From: Azolla caroliniana
Taxonomy: Eukaryota; Plantae; Polypodiophyta
NCBI GenBank assembly: GCA_043228905.1
Contig: JBHGNT010000003.1
Coordinates: 7,006,001 to 7,070,000, forward strand
DNA length: 64,000 nucleotides
Direction of reading: 5' to 3'
The position numbers and the translations under genes were made by a program. Shown in pieces: positions 11,901 through 24,791 of this stretch. The notes under the pieces are model-generated. The model searched no databases and was not told the origin of the DNA. It saw only the letters and a program-made list of their open reading frames with translations. Each line of letters begins with the position of its first letter. Positions within the stretch are counted from its first letter, which is position 1.

Positions 11901-14122
11901 CCATACTGGCAATGCTCGCAGAATTGATGGTCGAAGAAGGAGAGTTTAGGGATGTATCCGGCTCTAGATAGATGCGTAATGCCGGCCTTGCTGAGGTGTC
12001 CTAATCTTCTGTGCCATAGTGATGACACAGGAATATCCACCAAAAACAGGTTACCCTCTCTGAGCGTAACATGTAACGGATACAGTGAGTGTATCTTGGG
12101 TCCTCTAGCAAGCAGGAGGTTCCCCCTGTGGAGTGTCCACCCTCCCGAAGAAAAACCGGCACGAATGCCGTCTTCATCTAGTTGTCCGACTGAGATCAAT
12201 GGCCTTGAGAGCTCGGGTACATGTCGGACATTGTGAAGTACAAGTGTAGAGCCACCTGCAAGGTTGAGCTCTACTGTGCCGATTCCAATGATGTCACAGT
12301 GTTGCGAGTTACCGACTCGAACTGAGTCGGAGTGACGGATCGTATATTGCCGAAATTGGGATCGATGAGGAGTCACGTGAAATGACGCGCCCGAATCTAA
12401 GAGCCATGTGCTCGATTCTTCAGTCGTGAGCAGAACTTCTGATCCGACTGGATTTTCGATTGATAGTATATTCGGGTCGTTTGGTAGCACATCAGCTAAG
12501 AAGCTGACGTAATTGATCTCCTCATGCCGGCCACTCTTCTTGTCTGATCTCTGAGACTTGTCGTTCTTGTTCTTGAGTGCGCGGCAGTCGGCTTTGATGT
12601 GTCCGGGTTTCTTGCAATAGTTGCAGATTCGATTATCCCGTGACTGGCTCCGTCTTCGCTGATTGTTCGGCGGCCGTGAGGAATCTCTTCCTCGTATGTT
12701 CGATCGGTCTGTCGAACCTTGTACTACGTAAGCGTCGTCTGTTGAGTCTTTGGCGAAAGACTTTCTCCGAGCTGCTTCGGTCAGGATTGCGCTCGTGACT
12801 TCGGAGTATTTAACAGCCGTGGTTGACGCGTTGCACACGGTTGTGACGAAAGTTTCCCATGATGAGGGAAGGCTGCTCATGAGTATCATTGCTCTGAGTT
12901 CATCCTCGATTGCCGTCCCCTGTGACGAGATTTGGGAGCTTATGCTTTCGTACTCATTGAGGTATGCTTGAACCGAATCGGATTCTTTCATCCGCAAGTT
13001 GTAGAGGCGCCGGATCAGAAACATCTTCGTTGCAGCGACCTTCTTTTCGTAGGTGTCCGACAGTGTTTTCCACAGTTCGAATGCTGTCGTACACGATTGC
13101 ACCGTAAAGTATACCGATTCCGATAGGTGCATCCGAATCGTGGCGCGGACGATTCTGTCCAGCTTCTGCCACTCAATTGGTTTGTATCCTTCTGGAGGTT
13201 CTTCATTTTCGATGGGATCGATTTGCCCCTTGACTATGAGATAGTCCTGCATTTGCTCCTTCCAGAAGTTGAAGTTCGATCCATCGAACTTTCGTAGACT
13301 CATTTCTGACGAGCCGGATGTTGATGCCATCAAATTTGGTTTCGGTTGACGAAGCTCGGTTCGGAGTTGACTACGAACCTTGTTGGAGTGCAGCCGGTTG
13401 GCTCACCCGATATCGTTCTAGTCGGATTTGAACCCGAGTCGGTTCGGCTTCGGATATATGTATTGTTGAACTTGCTCGAATTGACTCCGGTAACTTGAGG
13501 GACAGAACCGACTGGTCTTCCCGAATGTTGCCGAGTTGGAGTGAGCCCGGTTCGCTTCCGAATATATATGCCAAATACCGATTATTGAATCCGATTGTTT
13601 GGACCGATTCTGCTTCGGGTGACTGCAGCGACGAGAGAGACGGATCCAACTGATCCTCTCGAATGTCGATCAGCCGGATGAAGCACGAATTGGGGTTGTT
13701 GTCTTGAGACCGATCTGCACCGAGTGGTTACAATGAGCGGCGAGCAGCGTTTGATGACCTCTTCGGATGCCGTTTAACCAAGTGGAGCACGATCGTGTCA
13801 ATGTTGCACAAGGGGATTTCACCTCGAGCGGTTACGATCACAAGAAACAGAGTACAACCGGCTGGCTTACTCCAAGCGAAGATGATCTAACGCGATCAGA
13901 TGCAAGCCTCGTTTTTTTTTTTTCTTCTTCTTCTCTCTTCTTCGAATGACGCAGGAAACCGAATGCTGTGCAGGCTGAGACGACGTCCGACAGCGGATTG
14001 AAGGACCGAATACTGTGCGGGCTCTGATACCAGATGTTGGAGACAAGGTCGTCTATGCGGAAGATCAAGAAGCATTCGATTCTGTTCTGTACCTGCGTAT
14101 GACAGTTTCTAGGTCGTTGCAC

Positions 14123-14165
<43 letters not shown>

Positions 14166-14351
14166 CACAAAACGACTCTTTTTATTCCATAAAGCAATAA
14201 TACAACCCAACCTTACAAAAAGGTTACAAGGTCACTATATATAGTGACAGACTTAGGGCATCTACCATTTATGCTAATTACACAAATGGCCCAAACTTGA
14301 TCTATACAAAGGGATAGTGTGAATACGTCCATTATACACTTGTATTCGACA
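8802..14351 (-). mobile_element. Complete young Copia element E
   Basis: LTRs at 8802-9114 and 14035-14351 (TG...CA) differ by one substitution plus (GA)n length. TSD GTGTC at 8797-8801 and 14352-14356. iMet PBS at 14021-14032; PPT at 9115-9123. Confidence 0.97.
9308..13333 (-). pseudogene. Copia E gag-pol polyprotein with a single in-frame TGA (10187-10189)
   Basis: ORFs 13333-10187 and 10174-9308 are in the same frame (DLGPA*HILGMKI). Motifs: CCHC knuckle, WLLDSGAS protease, integrase DDE, IYVDD, RNase H. Confidence 0.95.
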
Positions 14352-17300
14352 GTGTCGTGGAATCTCAAACCAATTCCGGTACCGAGAGCTCACATCCCGG
14401 AGCTGATGGAGCTGTTGAGGCAGAAAATCGATATGGGCATCCTCGAACCGTCGAGCGCCCCGTACTTGAACCGGTGGTTTACCGTACCGAAGAAGAACGG
14501 GACGTTGCGCTTCATTCAAGACCTGCAACCGGTCAACAGAGTGACCATTCGGAACGCAGGAATCGGACCAACGATAGACGAGTTCGCGGAGGCCTTTGCT
14601 GGAAGGTCGATCTACTCGGTCGGTGATCTGTACTCGAGGTACGATCAGTTCCAACTAGCCGTAGAGAGCAGAGACATCACGACGATGCGGACTCCTCTCG
14701 GCCTAGTGCGGATGTGTACCCTGCCACAAGGAGGGACGAACTCGGTGGCCCACATGGTGAATGCGATGAACAACGTGCTGAGGGATTGTATCTCGGACAT
14801 CACCATGCCATTCTTGGACGACATCCCGATCAAGGGATGTCCGGTGGAGGAAAAGGACGAAACGATCGGACCGGACGGATGCCGAAGATTCGTGGCGACT
14901 CACATTGACGACTGCGAGAGGGTGCTGCAGAGGCTAGAGGACGCGAGGCTCACCTTCTCCGGGGAGAAATCGGCCTTCGGGCAATCAGAGATCATGGTCG
15001 TCGGACATCTATGCGGACCGTATGGCCGGAAACCGTCTCCGGCTAAGGTGGAAGCCATCTCCGCAATGAAGCCCGATTGTAACTCGGTCACGGAGGTACG
15101 GAGGTTCTTGGGAGCATGCGCGTTCTACTACATATGGATCCCGCATTATGCCCATGTTGCCGAGCCGCTATACGGGTTGCTGAAAAAGGGGCGAAAATTC
15201 GAGTGGCGAGTCGAGCATACGGAGTCAGTCCGAAAGATGAAGGAGGCTCTTGCTGCAGCTCCGGCGCTCCGGAAGGCTGTCTACGAGAAAGGCACCCCCA
15301 TCTACATAACGGTAGATACAAGTCCGACCGGGATCGGATGGGTCGTCAACCAAGAAGATGAGGACGGTATTCGGTTCCCAATCCGGTTCGGCGCGAAGGT
15401 CCTCAGCGAGCGACAGCGAGGATACGCCCAGGTTAAACGCGAACTTTGGGGTATCGTTTCGGCGGTAAAGGCCGATAAAGACTATCTGATCGGGACAGAG
15501 GTGATTATCGAGACGGACTGCCTGCCGATTCTCGGCATGGTTTCCGGATGCGCAACCCCAGACCTAGCAATGCTCAGGTGGATAGCGTACATAAAGTCCC
15601 TGGATCCGGAAATACGACACATTTCCGGGAAAGACAATGCCATGGCCGACATGCTTTCGAGGGCGCGATTCGACGACGAGGGCGCATGGTTTCGGAGGAC
15701 GAGGAAGTCGGCGTGGACTTCTTCGAGGTGGCTTACGTAACAACCGAGGGGGGGAGCACTCCGGCGTTTAACGATTTTGACGAGAGCAAGTACGATGGGG
15801 AGTGGCTGCAGATTGGAAGATTCTTAAGGACGATGACGCTAGGCGCGTCATGGACAAGGGACGAGGCCAACCGGATCCGGAAGAAAGCGTACCGATTCTT
15901 ACTCCGGGACGGATACTTGTGGAAGCACCCGAAGAAGAGAAACGGCATCCCGCTCCGAGTAGTGGCGATGAAGGAGGAACATGAGGAGTTGCTGAAGGCC
16001 TACTACGACAGCCCCTGGGCTGGACACCGTGGGACGTGGGCCACGTTCGAGAAACTAAAGGGGAAGTACTGGTGGCCGGGGCTGTACTAGGACGTGCATC
16101 GGTTCGTGACAACTTGTGAGAGCTGTCAGATGCACTCCATAGTCCGACATCGGGACGAGCTTCACCCTACTTACCCTCCGGCCATCCATTTCAAATGCAT
16201 GGTAGATTTGGTGATGATGCCGATGGGCGTAGGGCAGATGCGATATCTGGTGCTGGCCCGGGAGGACCTAACGAACCAGGTGGAAGGTCGAGCCCTGCAG
16301 AACAAAACGACCGCGGTCGTGTGTCGGTTCCTGATCGAGGACGTGATATGCCGATACGGGTGCGTCGAGAAGATCGTGGCTGACCGCGGGGAGTTGGACG
16401 CCGAAGAGGCCGAGGAGCTGTTCGACCAGTTAGGGGTCAAGCTCACGCTCAACACAACGTACAATCCGGAGGCGAACGGGAAGGTGGAGCGCGGACACGG
16501 ATCAATCGTCAAAGCGCTAGTCCGGGCGTGCGAAGGCCAGGTCGGGAACTGGCCACGACTGTTACCCTATGCCTTGTGGGCGGACCGGACAATGCACAAT
16601 TCGGTAACCGGGTTCATGCCGTCAGAGCTCATGTTCAGACAGAAGCCGATCATGCCGATGGAACGGACGATCTCCTCTTGGGCGACAGTAGACTGGAGAG
16701 ACGAGATGGGTCGGGAAGAACTGCTAGCGGCGCGTATACGGCAGCTCGAGCGGAGGCCAGAGGACATGGAACGAGCGGCGGAGAGACTTCGGACGGCGAG
16801 GATGAAGAACAAAGCCCAGTTCGACCGAACGCACCGGCTCCGACCAAAGAAAATCGAGGAAGGCGACTGGGTGCTAGTCTACGACAGCAGCCTCGACAAC
16901 CAGCACCGAGCAACACGGAAGTTTGCGACGCGGTGGTTCGGGCCTTACGTGGTAACAAGCGCCAACGACAACGGGACGTATCACCTGGCGGAACTCGACG
17001 GTACGAGGATGGCGATACCGGTAGCAGGGAAGCGGATCAAAGCGTTCAAGAAGCGCCACGACGGCGAACCGGATCTAAGAGGCCTGGACAGCGACAACGA
17101 ACAGTCCGAAGCGGAGGACGAACCGATGGACGAAGAACCGGAACCCAGACCGGTTTTCTCCAACCAGAACCCAATTTTGGCGCATACCGGTGGATGCGCG
17201 GTTAGGTGGGGGCGGATGTCGTGAAGAAAACCGTCCCTTAGCGCAATCGGTGCATAACGCGCGTGAACCGGCTCTTCACGCGTGCGCGCCCTTAATGTAT

Positions 17301-17902
17301 ATAATAGGGAATTAGGTACATAGGTATATCCTGGGTAGTTAGATTCGGTAGGTAGGAAGTAAATGAGGGAGACGGCTCCCTTCTTGACGCTATAAAGGAG
17401 AGGGAGACGGCTCCCTTCTTGACGCTATAAAGGAGAGGGAGACGCAGAGAGAAGCGATCGCGCATTGAGGAGGACGAAGTGTTGTCGGACCGGAACCGAA
17501 CGCTTCTCCTCTGTTTGTTCTCTATTGCTCTTCTCTGCAGGTTTTCGGGAGGCTCGCGCTGCTTCGAGGAACGCCCGTGTGCTTCCGGCAGCACCTCCAT
17601 CATATCCCCTTTCGTGCGCAGACGAGCAGGCATCGGCATTTGTTCGCCGGCCTGTTCAGTTGTAACCGCTCGCGTGCTCTGTTGTTTTTTTTGTGTCACT
17701 TGTTAATATACAAACATTCGTGTCTCTCTGTCTCTGTGTCCATTCGTGTCTTCTGCGTTGACGGGCCGTGTCCCTGTGTTTCTTTGCTCATACGTAACCG
17801 GTCGTCTCTCTCTTTCTCTTTCCCCTCCTATCACCTGCTCTTCGGTTCAAGACCCCGGTGGTCCCGCCTCGTTTCTCCACGCACGCGCGTAGTAACACGA
17901 CA

Positions 17903-19701
17903 ACGTATTTCTCTTGTGACAACCACAACACTTTCTTAGTTCTATCTCAAACTATGTGCATCCCTAAGATCTGCTTTGCCGGTCCAAGATCTTTCATGGC
18001 AAACGACTTGCCTAGTGCTTTCTTCAAGTTCACGATCTTCTTCGTGTCTTGTCCGACTATCAACATGTCATCCACATATAACAAGGGAATTAAGAAGTCT
18101 CCTTCATCGTACCTTTTGACGAACACACAGTGATCAACCTATGTTTTCTGGAACCTATGTTCCACCATAAAGGACTCGAACTTCTTGTATCATTGGCGTG
18201 GAGCTTGTTTCAACCCATACAAGCTTTTCTTCAGTCAACACACCAGGTTCTCTTTCTCTTTCTCCACAAAGCCTTCAGGCTGCTGCATGTAGATCTCTTC
18301 ATCCAGCTCCCTGTGCAAGAATGTTGTCTTGACATGCAACTGTTTGATCTCCAGATCCATGCTCACAGCAATGCTCAGAACAATTTGGATGGATGTCATC
18401 TTCACGACTGGTGCGAATATTTCGTCGAAGTCGACACCCTTCTTCTATTAGAACCCCTTCAACACAATGCAGACTTTATATCTGGGTGCAATGTCTACTT
18501 CTCCATTCTTCACCTTATAGACCCACTTATTTCTAAGTGCTCTTTTACCTTTTTGTAGCTCTACCAGGTCATAGGTGTAGTTGTCATGCAAGGAGTCCAT
18601 CTCGTATTGCATTGCACTCTGCCATTTCTCCTTATGCTTCTTGTCGGCAATGGCTTCTTCATAGCACTTAGGTTCACCTTCATCAGTCAAGAGGATGTAT
18701 TGATTGGCATATGTCGTCAATGCTCTTCTTTCTCTAAGTGGGTATCTCCTTCCACTCGTTGTCGGCTCCAGTTTGGATGTCTCTGTTGACTCTACACTTG
18801 GTTCAGGTTCATATGTGTCGATCGATCGTTGGGGTTTAGTCGATTCCCACTCGTAGTCCTCGATCGACTTTAATAGGTCCACTGACTCCGACTCATTTGT
18901 ATTTATCGGTTGCTCCAAGTCCACCGACTCGGATTCGGCTGTGCCAACTGGCTGTCTTAGAACAACCGCCTGTGTCAATTCACGTGACCTTAAGTCGGCA
19001 GTAGTAGGGGTTGACTAGGAAGTCGATTCAGACTTTTGTTGCTTCCAGTCCTCTATTTTCTTGTCTTCCAAGAAAACTACATCCTGACTCCTCACTACCT
19101 TCTTGTTGACTAGGTCCCACAACCTGTAGCCGAAGTTGTCCTCAGAGTATCCCATAAATATGCATGGTTTCGACTTGTTGTCGAGCTTCAACCTTTGATC
19201 CTTAGCCACATGCATATACAGTAAGCATCCGAACACCCTCATGTGTTGGTAGGAGACATCCTTTCCTGTCCACACCCTTTGTGGGACATCACCTTTCAGT
19301 GGTACTGAGGGGGACCTATTGATCGTGTAAACAATTGTGTACATCACCTCAGCCCAATAAAATTTCAGCAGTTTAGCATGAGAGAGCATGCTCCTTATCT
19401 CGCCATGATTGTTCGATTCATCCTTTTTGCAAGCTCTTGGCACTATGTATTCGATTCGAATACCTTCGGCCTTGCAGTATTCCTCGAACTGCCCTTTATA
19501 TTCGTCACCATTGTTGATTCGCACATCCTTCAGCTTCTGACCTAACTCTCGTTCGGTTCTTGCCTGGAACTCCTTGAATATCGATAGTACTTGATCCTTC
19601 GACTTTAGTACGAAGGCCCATGTCTTCCGACTACAATCGTCAATAAACGTTATTACGAAGTATTGTCCACCTTCATGCGACGGAGCATCCACATAGCACA
19701 C
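17903..19701 (-). mobile_element. Old degenerate Copia F (integrase + RT fragments), host of Gypsy D
   Basis: FIDDCSRKTW..., WDLVNKKVVRSQDVVF, ALRNKWVYKVK, and LWLSQEKYV at the D junction; multiple frameshifts. Confidence 0.88.
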
Positions 19702-19883
19702 ATTGGTCCATCGGTAGGTTCTTTGTCAGCATGTCGAATCCATTTTCATCAGTATGGATCCTCACAAGGGTAAACTCTTCTTCTTCCACTTTCTCCCACA
19801 ACCAGTGATACCTTCTTTGTATATGCTTGGTTCGGGAGTGGTACGCAACATTCTTTGCTAGATGTATGGCACTCTAGTTGTCA
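19702..19883 (-). mobile_element. Copia RNase H C-terminal fragment fused upstream of the F integrase
   Basis: Minus-strand translation SAIHLAKNVAYHSRTKHIQRRYHWLWEKV...HTDENGFDMLTK. Confidence 0.8.
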
Positions 19884-20550
19884 CAATGAGGTAAGAACTC
19901 CCTTTGCAGAGTGTTCATGGTCCTTTATAGGCTCTTCTAAAGACACATCTTCATTAGAAGATGACACATTTCTCCTAAAACCGAGCATTGTAAAAAGGTT
20001 TACTTGTTTTCCTTTGCCTTTCATATATTTTATGTGGGCCATATCATACCAATAATGTAGAGTACGTTGGACTAGCATAATCTATGCATTCCATTTACAA
20101 GAAGGGGAACATAGATACACAATCCATGTATTCCAAAGAGAATAAGAAGATTAAAATACCTAGGATCTATGGAAGATTACGAGGCAATAAGCAGATTAAA
20201 ATACCTAGGATATATGGAAGATTAAGCTTCCACTATGGATCTTCCAATCTATCAAAAAATAAAAAGGAAAGAGGAAGGCTCACATTAGCCTACACACAGA
20301 TGCAGACACATTTAAATGTAAAAGAAACAACGGGAACAAATCTATTCCAAACAATATTGAGGGAAAAGATCAAGGGAAAAAAAGACAGAGAAGAAATTGT
20401 GCATGAAATTCATGTTCACATTCAAAAGAAACTTTTTCCATCCTTAGTGTCATTGTTATTAGTCTTAGATCACTCCAAGAACCTATAATATCCATGGATA
20501 TGTGGAGAAGACATTACAAATAGATAGAGGACATCCTATGAAGCAAGTAT

Positions 20551-21018
20551 TGTTAAGAGTCTATTACTAAACAATAGACCAAGTAAAAGAAAGGTAAATA
20601 GATTGGATAGAAGAACCCATTCCACCCGACACCCCCGAGCTATGATCAAGACATAGCCAACCTACCACCGACATTCTATACCAACGGATATTAGGATGAC
20701 TAATACCTTGGAAGAGATAACATGATCGTATTAACGAAAGCCTAGCTTGCACTACCGGTGTTTTAAGTCGGCAACCTTCTGAAGTAATGTGTCTTATGAT
20801 GGTAGCTAAGCCTCATATTTATACCTCTACCTAGGCCCCTTAAATAGATGTGCCTTTGAAAAATACTCTCCACTCATTAGTTTTCAAGATCATGATAGTG
20901 CATGCACCTATTATTCCTTCTATCCAATCACATTAGTCCATTTCTAACATTAGTGAACATACCCTTCTTTATCTAAATATTAGTGACCTACCCTCTCCTA
21001 CATTATGTGTGCATAACA
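20551..21018. mobile_element. Probable solo LTR (copy 1)
   Basis: TGTTAA...ATAACA termini with flanks AGTAT/TGTAT (4/5 TSD match). Inverted homolog at 38283-38831. Confidence 0.7.
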
Positions 21019-21883
21019 TGTATGCTCTCCCTCCCCTACTTGCTTCAACCTCTACATAGATGAGGTAGCAACATGGAGACAGAAATGTGTCTATGGTGCA
21101 TGTTGTGCATGAGCTTAATGCAAGATATGGACTCTAGTAAATAAAGAAGAATTACGCAACCATTCTTAAAGATTGTGATCTCACCAACCCCCACAATCTT
21201 CATACGTAAGGGAAATGTCCAAAGAGGTAGAATGGAGTGATTCATAATAGCAATAGCAATAACAATGAGGGGAATTTGTGTTGTGTCCATCTTCTCACAA
21301 GAATAGAAACTAGACACTTGAAGCATCAAGAGATACCTTACAATGGTTTAAAACTTTAAACATATGTCAAATACCTCAATAGCTTACTAAGTTTTACAAC
21401 CTAAGAGTTAAGATGTAAGTATGTGGTTTAGCGCAAACTACTTTTCAAATGAGATGTATGAGATGTTACACTTAAAAGTATCAATTCACAATAGTAATAA
21501 TAATAAGACAAATTGGCGTTGTGTCAATCTTCTGATATGAGTGGAGACCAATGTTGGGGTAAAGTCCCAAGAACAATGTCGGCGTTCCGGTTGGGTTGGG
21601 ACTTTTGCCAGCCAAGGTGGGGAAGAGCCGGAACTGATTCCGGCTAGAATTTCCCAATAACTGGAATCTAGCCAGTTCATATTTTTAGAATCGTCTATTT
21701 ATGTATTTTTATATAAAAAATGTAAATAAATAAAAAAATGTTTTTAGGTTTAATTACCTTGGCCCCCTTTTTTCCCCCTTTCCCCCTTTCTTTTCCCCCT
21801 CTTTCCCCTAAAACAAGCAAAGCCCCCCACCCTTTTTCTGCAGAGCTTTATGCTCTTGTTTCACCATGGCTACTAGGCCCTCG

Positions 21884-21926
<43 letters not shown>

Positions 21927-22075
21927 TCTCTCTCTCTCTCATGCTTTCATTCGTCCTGCTTGTGTACACATATGTTCTACTTCTACATTTGCTCTTGTTT
22001 CACCATGGCTACCAAGCAAATGGAGAAGGACGATCTCCTTCTCTATTTGCTCTTGTTTTGCCATGGCTACCAAGG

Positions 22076-22124
<49 letters not shown>

Positions 22125-23295
22125 TCTTTCATTCGTCCCGCTTGTGTGTATGTACTACTTCATCGCACACCTGCATAGATTGTCGGTGTGTTGTTGTTTT
22201 CTGTGTGTACTTCAATTCTTTCTCTGCTCTTCATGGGAGGTGTAGTATTTTAACACTTTTGTAGAAATATACAATATCAACTCATTCTTGCTCTTTTGTA
22301 GGATCTATATGCTGAGTATGGTTGGAAAAGAAGAAGCCACACTAAGCGCTCTTATTAATCCACAAAAGGGTGAGCTAGGAAAACTAAAGGCTGCATGGAA
22401 GTGGGAGCCAAATACACAGGTTGGTGCATTCTGCTCTTTTCACAAATTTAATGTTTGGAAAATTTTATATACATAAAGAAGAGATTATGTGCAAAGCACA
22501 ATGCGATGTGGCATTCTTATCTTTGTCCTTGTGCTCTTTGCCTTTCTCTTTTTCAAGACCTCTAATGTAAGATAAAGATTCACTAGATAACCACTTAATT
22601 TCTCAAATGGAGGGTATCTTGAAGTTGGATAGGTTACACCAGTCAGAGGTGGATAGGCAGGTAGATAGACACCATCTAAATTAGGCGGATATGGGTGTCG
22701 GTAATTTACATCACCTTTGGTGGTCGGATGATATGAAGGTGGATAGGTAGATGATACACCTTGAGATTGGGGAGGATACAATTGTCTATGGGGTTGGGTA
22801 TATGCCAATGCAGGATAAGAACCACTTGTTTCATAACCATAAGGTAGATAAGACTCTTTACTCAGGGGATATGTAGGTAATGTGGTTGAAAACAGTAGGT
22901 GGATAGGTAAAACTTTCTCTTCTCCCAATCTCGCTCAATTCTTTCTACGTCTCATTCTCCATTGTTTCTCAAATGTTGTTTGATTATTTGCTCTCTTTCT
23001 CGCAGACCAATCACCTCCTCATATGTAATAGGGTATTACAAAACTTGATATTTGTGTTTTGTTTTTTCCTTTATTGTGAGCAGGATAAGATTTTGCAGTC
23101 CACTGGAAGAGGCCACATGGTTAATGTTATGAAGAATGGAGCTGCTATCTGAAAATCTCTCCACATCTACAATCTAGCTGCAAAAGTGTGTGTTGGTTGG
23201 TTGTTCCTTAACATACTTATCTTTGCATATTGTTCTTGACAACATTGTTTGGGAAATATTGCATGAGTTCTCTTTTCATGCATGAAATATAATAG

Positions 23296-24165
23296 GAAAC
23301 CATGGGCAACGTTCATCGTTTCAATAGTTGTATTTTCATTTTAAAGTTTACATGCTAAATGGGTTATGGTTTCAGAGCCCTTGACTTGGAATTGAACCTA
23401 TGTGAATGTTGAATGTTTCGGAATTGAGAGCTTGACAAAACTAATTTCTACAATAGCACAAAAACTTGGTGATGATTTTGATGTCAGTAAAATCACCACA
23501 TATAATGGTAAAAAAATTTGCTCCAAACTATAGTTTGCTAATTGGTATCAAGTGATTTATTGTGTCACATTGACCTTTGCATGCAATATGAAGACGTTGA
23601 AGGTGACCGTGTAATCCTAGCTACTGATGATAATCTTATGAATGTTATAACTTATGCAAGATTGTTAGGAACCAAGGTATTATGCTCATTGCTAGTTCAA
23701 TTATTTATCAGACCATTTGGCTAGCACAATTGACAGTCTCTTTCCTAAATTATCTTAAAATTAGAGAGGCGGATTAGTTTAATGGTTTGAGGTTTTAATC
23801 ATGTTAGGTTAGTCCTGAGCAAAATATATATTTGTTTGTCATTCAAGATAACTCCATGTTCAAATATATTTCTTGGTGCAGCTCAAGTTTTGGCAATATT
23901 CAAAGTTTATTTTATTCAGAAAGTCATTCAATAGTGTCTTAGAACACAATTATATTCAGGTTCTAAAGCTTCATTTAAACTACACTCAAGGAGTGGCAAA
24001 GAAAAGTATTCCTCAAGAATCCTAGAGTGATACTGAGTTCCAGCATGGAAGAATAGGAGTAAAAGTACAAAGGAAACAAAATTGGGGATCGACAACATAC
24101 ACTATTGTTGTACCTAGAGTTGAAGTCGTGTTTGGGATAAGTAAGCTTGCTCTCTTAAATTGATC
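23296..24165 (+). pseudogene. Captured C-terminal exons of a CBS-CBS-PB1 (CBSCBSPB-type) gene, introns retained
   Basis: Exon-like pieces GNVHRFNS / ESLTKLISTIAQKLGDDFD / YEDVEGDRVILATDDNLMNVITYARLLGTK / VLKLHLNY...WGSTTY are separated by intron-like spacers. They match a PB1 acidic motif followed by a C-terminal TM-like tail; internal stops present. Confidence 0.75.
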
Positions 24166-24219
24166 AAATACGTTAGTGTACCAGCCATAGATTTATGCAT
24201 CTTAAAGTGCACCTCTCAG

Positions 24220-24791
24220 TAGCAATGGGCGCGGTTCGGTTTCGGTTCGGTTCGGTTTCAAGGCAAAGTAACCGAACTGAACCGAAACCGAACCGTTTAT
24301 TTAAAACAAAAACCAAACCAAACCGTTTATGAACTCTCAATATTGAAACCAAACCGTTTAGGGAAAAGTTGAAACCAAACTGAACCATTTAATAAAAAAT
24401 TTAAACCTAACCACTTAAATTAAACTAATTAAACATCTAAATAAACAAAAATACATTAAATTAAATAGGCATTTAAGTTAAATTTATAACATCAATAAAA
24501 GAAACTTTAATTGAATCATTAAATAAAATAAACATTTAAGTTAAATTAATTAAATCAATAAAAAACCATTAATTAAACCATTAAATCAATAAACTATTAA
24601 GGTAAAACAAAAGTTAACCAAAAACTTATAAACCTCTAAACCCGAGTTTTAGAACCAAACCAAACCGAAACCTAACTATTTATTGAAAATCCAAACCAAA
24701 CCAAACTATTAAATATTTTTAGAACCAATAAACCGTTAAACCATGGCTTAACTGTTCGGTTCAGTTTGAGCCGAAACCATGCCCATTGCTA
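24220..24791. mobile_element. hAT-like MITE nested in Pack element 1
   Basis: TIR TAGCAATGGGC...GCCCATTGCTA. TSD CCTCTCAG/CCTCTTAG (7/8). Subterminal AAACCG/CGGTT arrays around an AT-rich core. Confidence 0.88.

Larger units (their letters stand above)
8086..17224 (+). pseudogene. Gypsy D pol (RT, RNase H, integrase); split by Copia E, with a frameshift near 15685 and a stop at 16088-16090
   Basis: TKYKTVDRKVRPV...IFTVPHV|SWNLKPIPVP rejoins in frame once E is removed. RT motifs RWFTVPKKNG and PFLDD; RH ETDC; integrase HHCC, D..D..E (NGKVERGH) and a GPY motif. Confidence 0.9.
7779..17902 (+). mobile_element. Gypsy element D (non-chromovirus-like), 3' part: protease C-half, pol (RT-RH-INT), 3' LTR 17217-17902; interrupted by Copia E
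   Basis: Domain order PR-RT-RH-INT. PPT AGGTGGGGGCGGA precedes an LTR with 7-bp terminal inverted repeats TGTCGTG...CACGACA. Right flank ACGTA falls in the RT of Copia F. Confidence 0.92.

Noticed and set aside
21738-22245. ORFs with SLSLSL runs (and RERERE ORFs elsewhere)
   Set aside because: Artefacts of CT/GA microsatellites.
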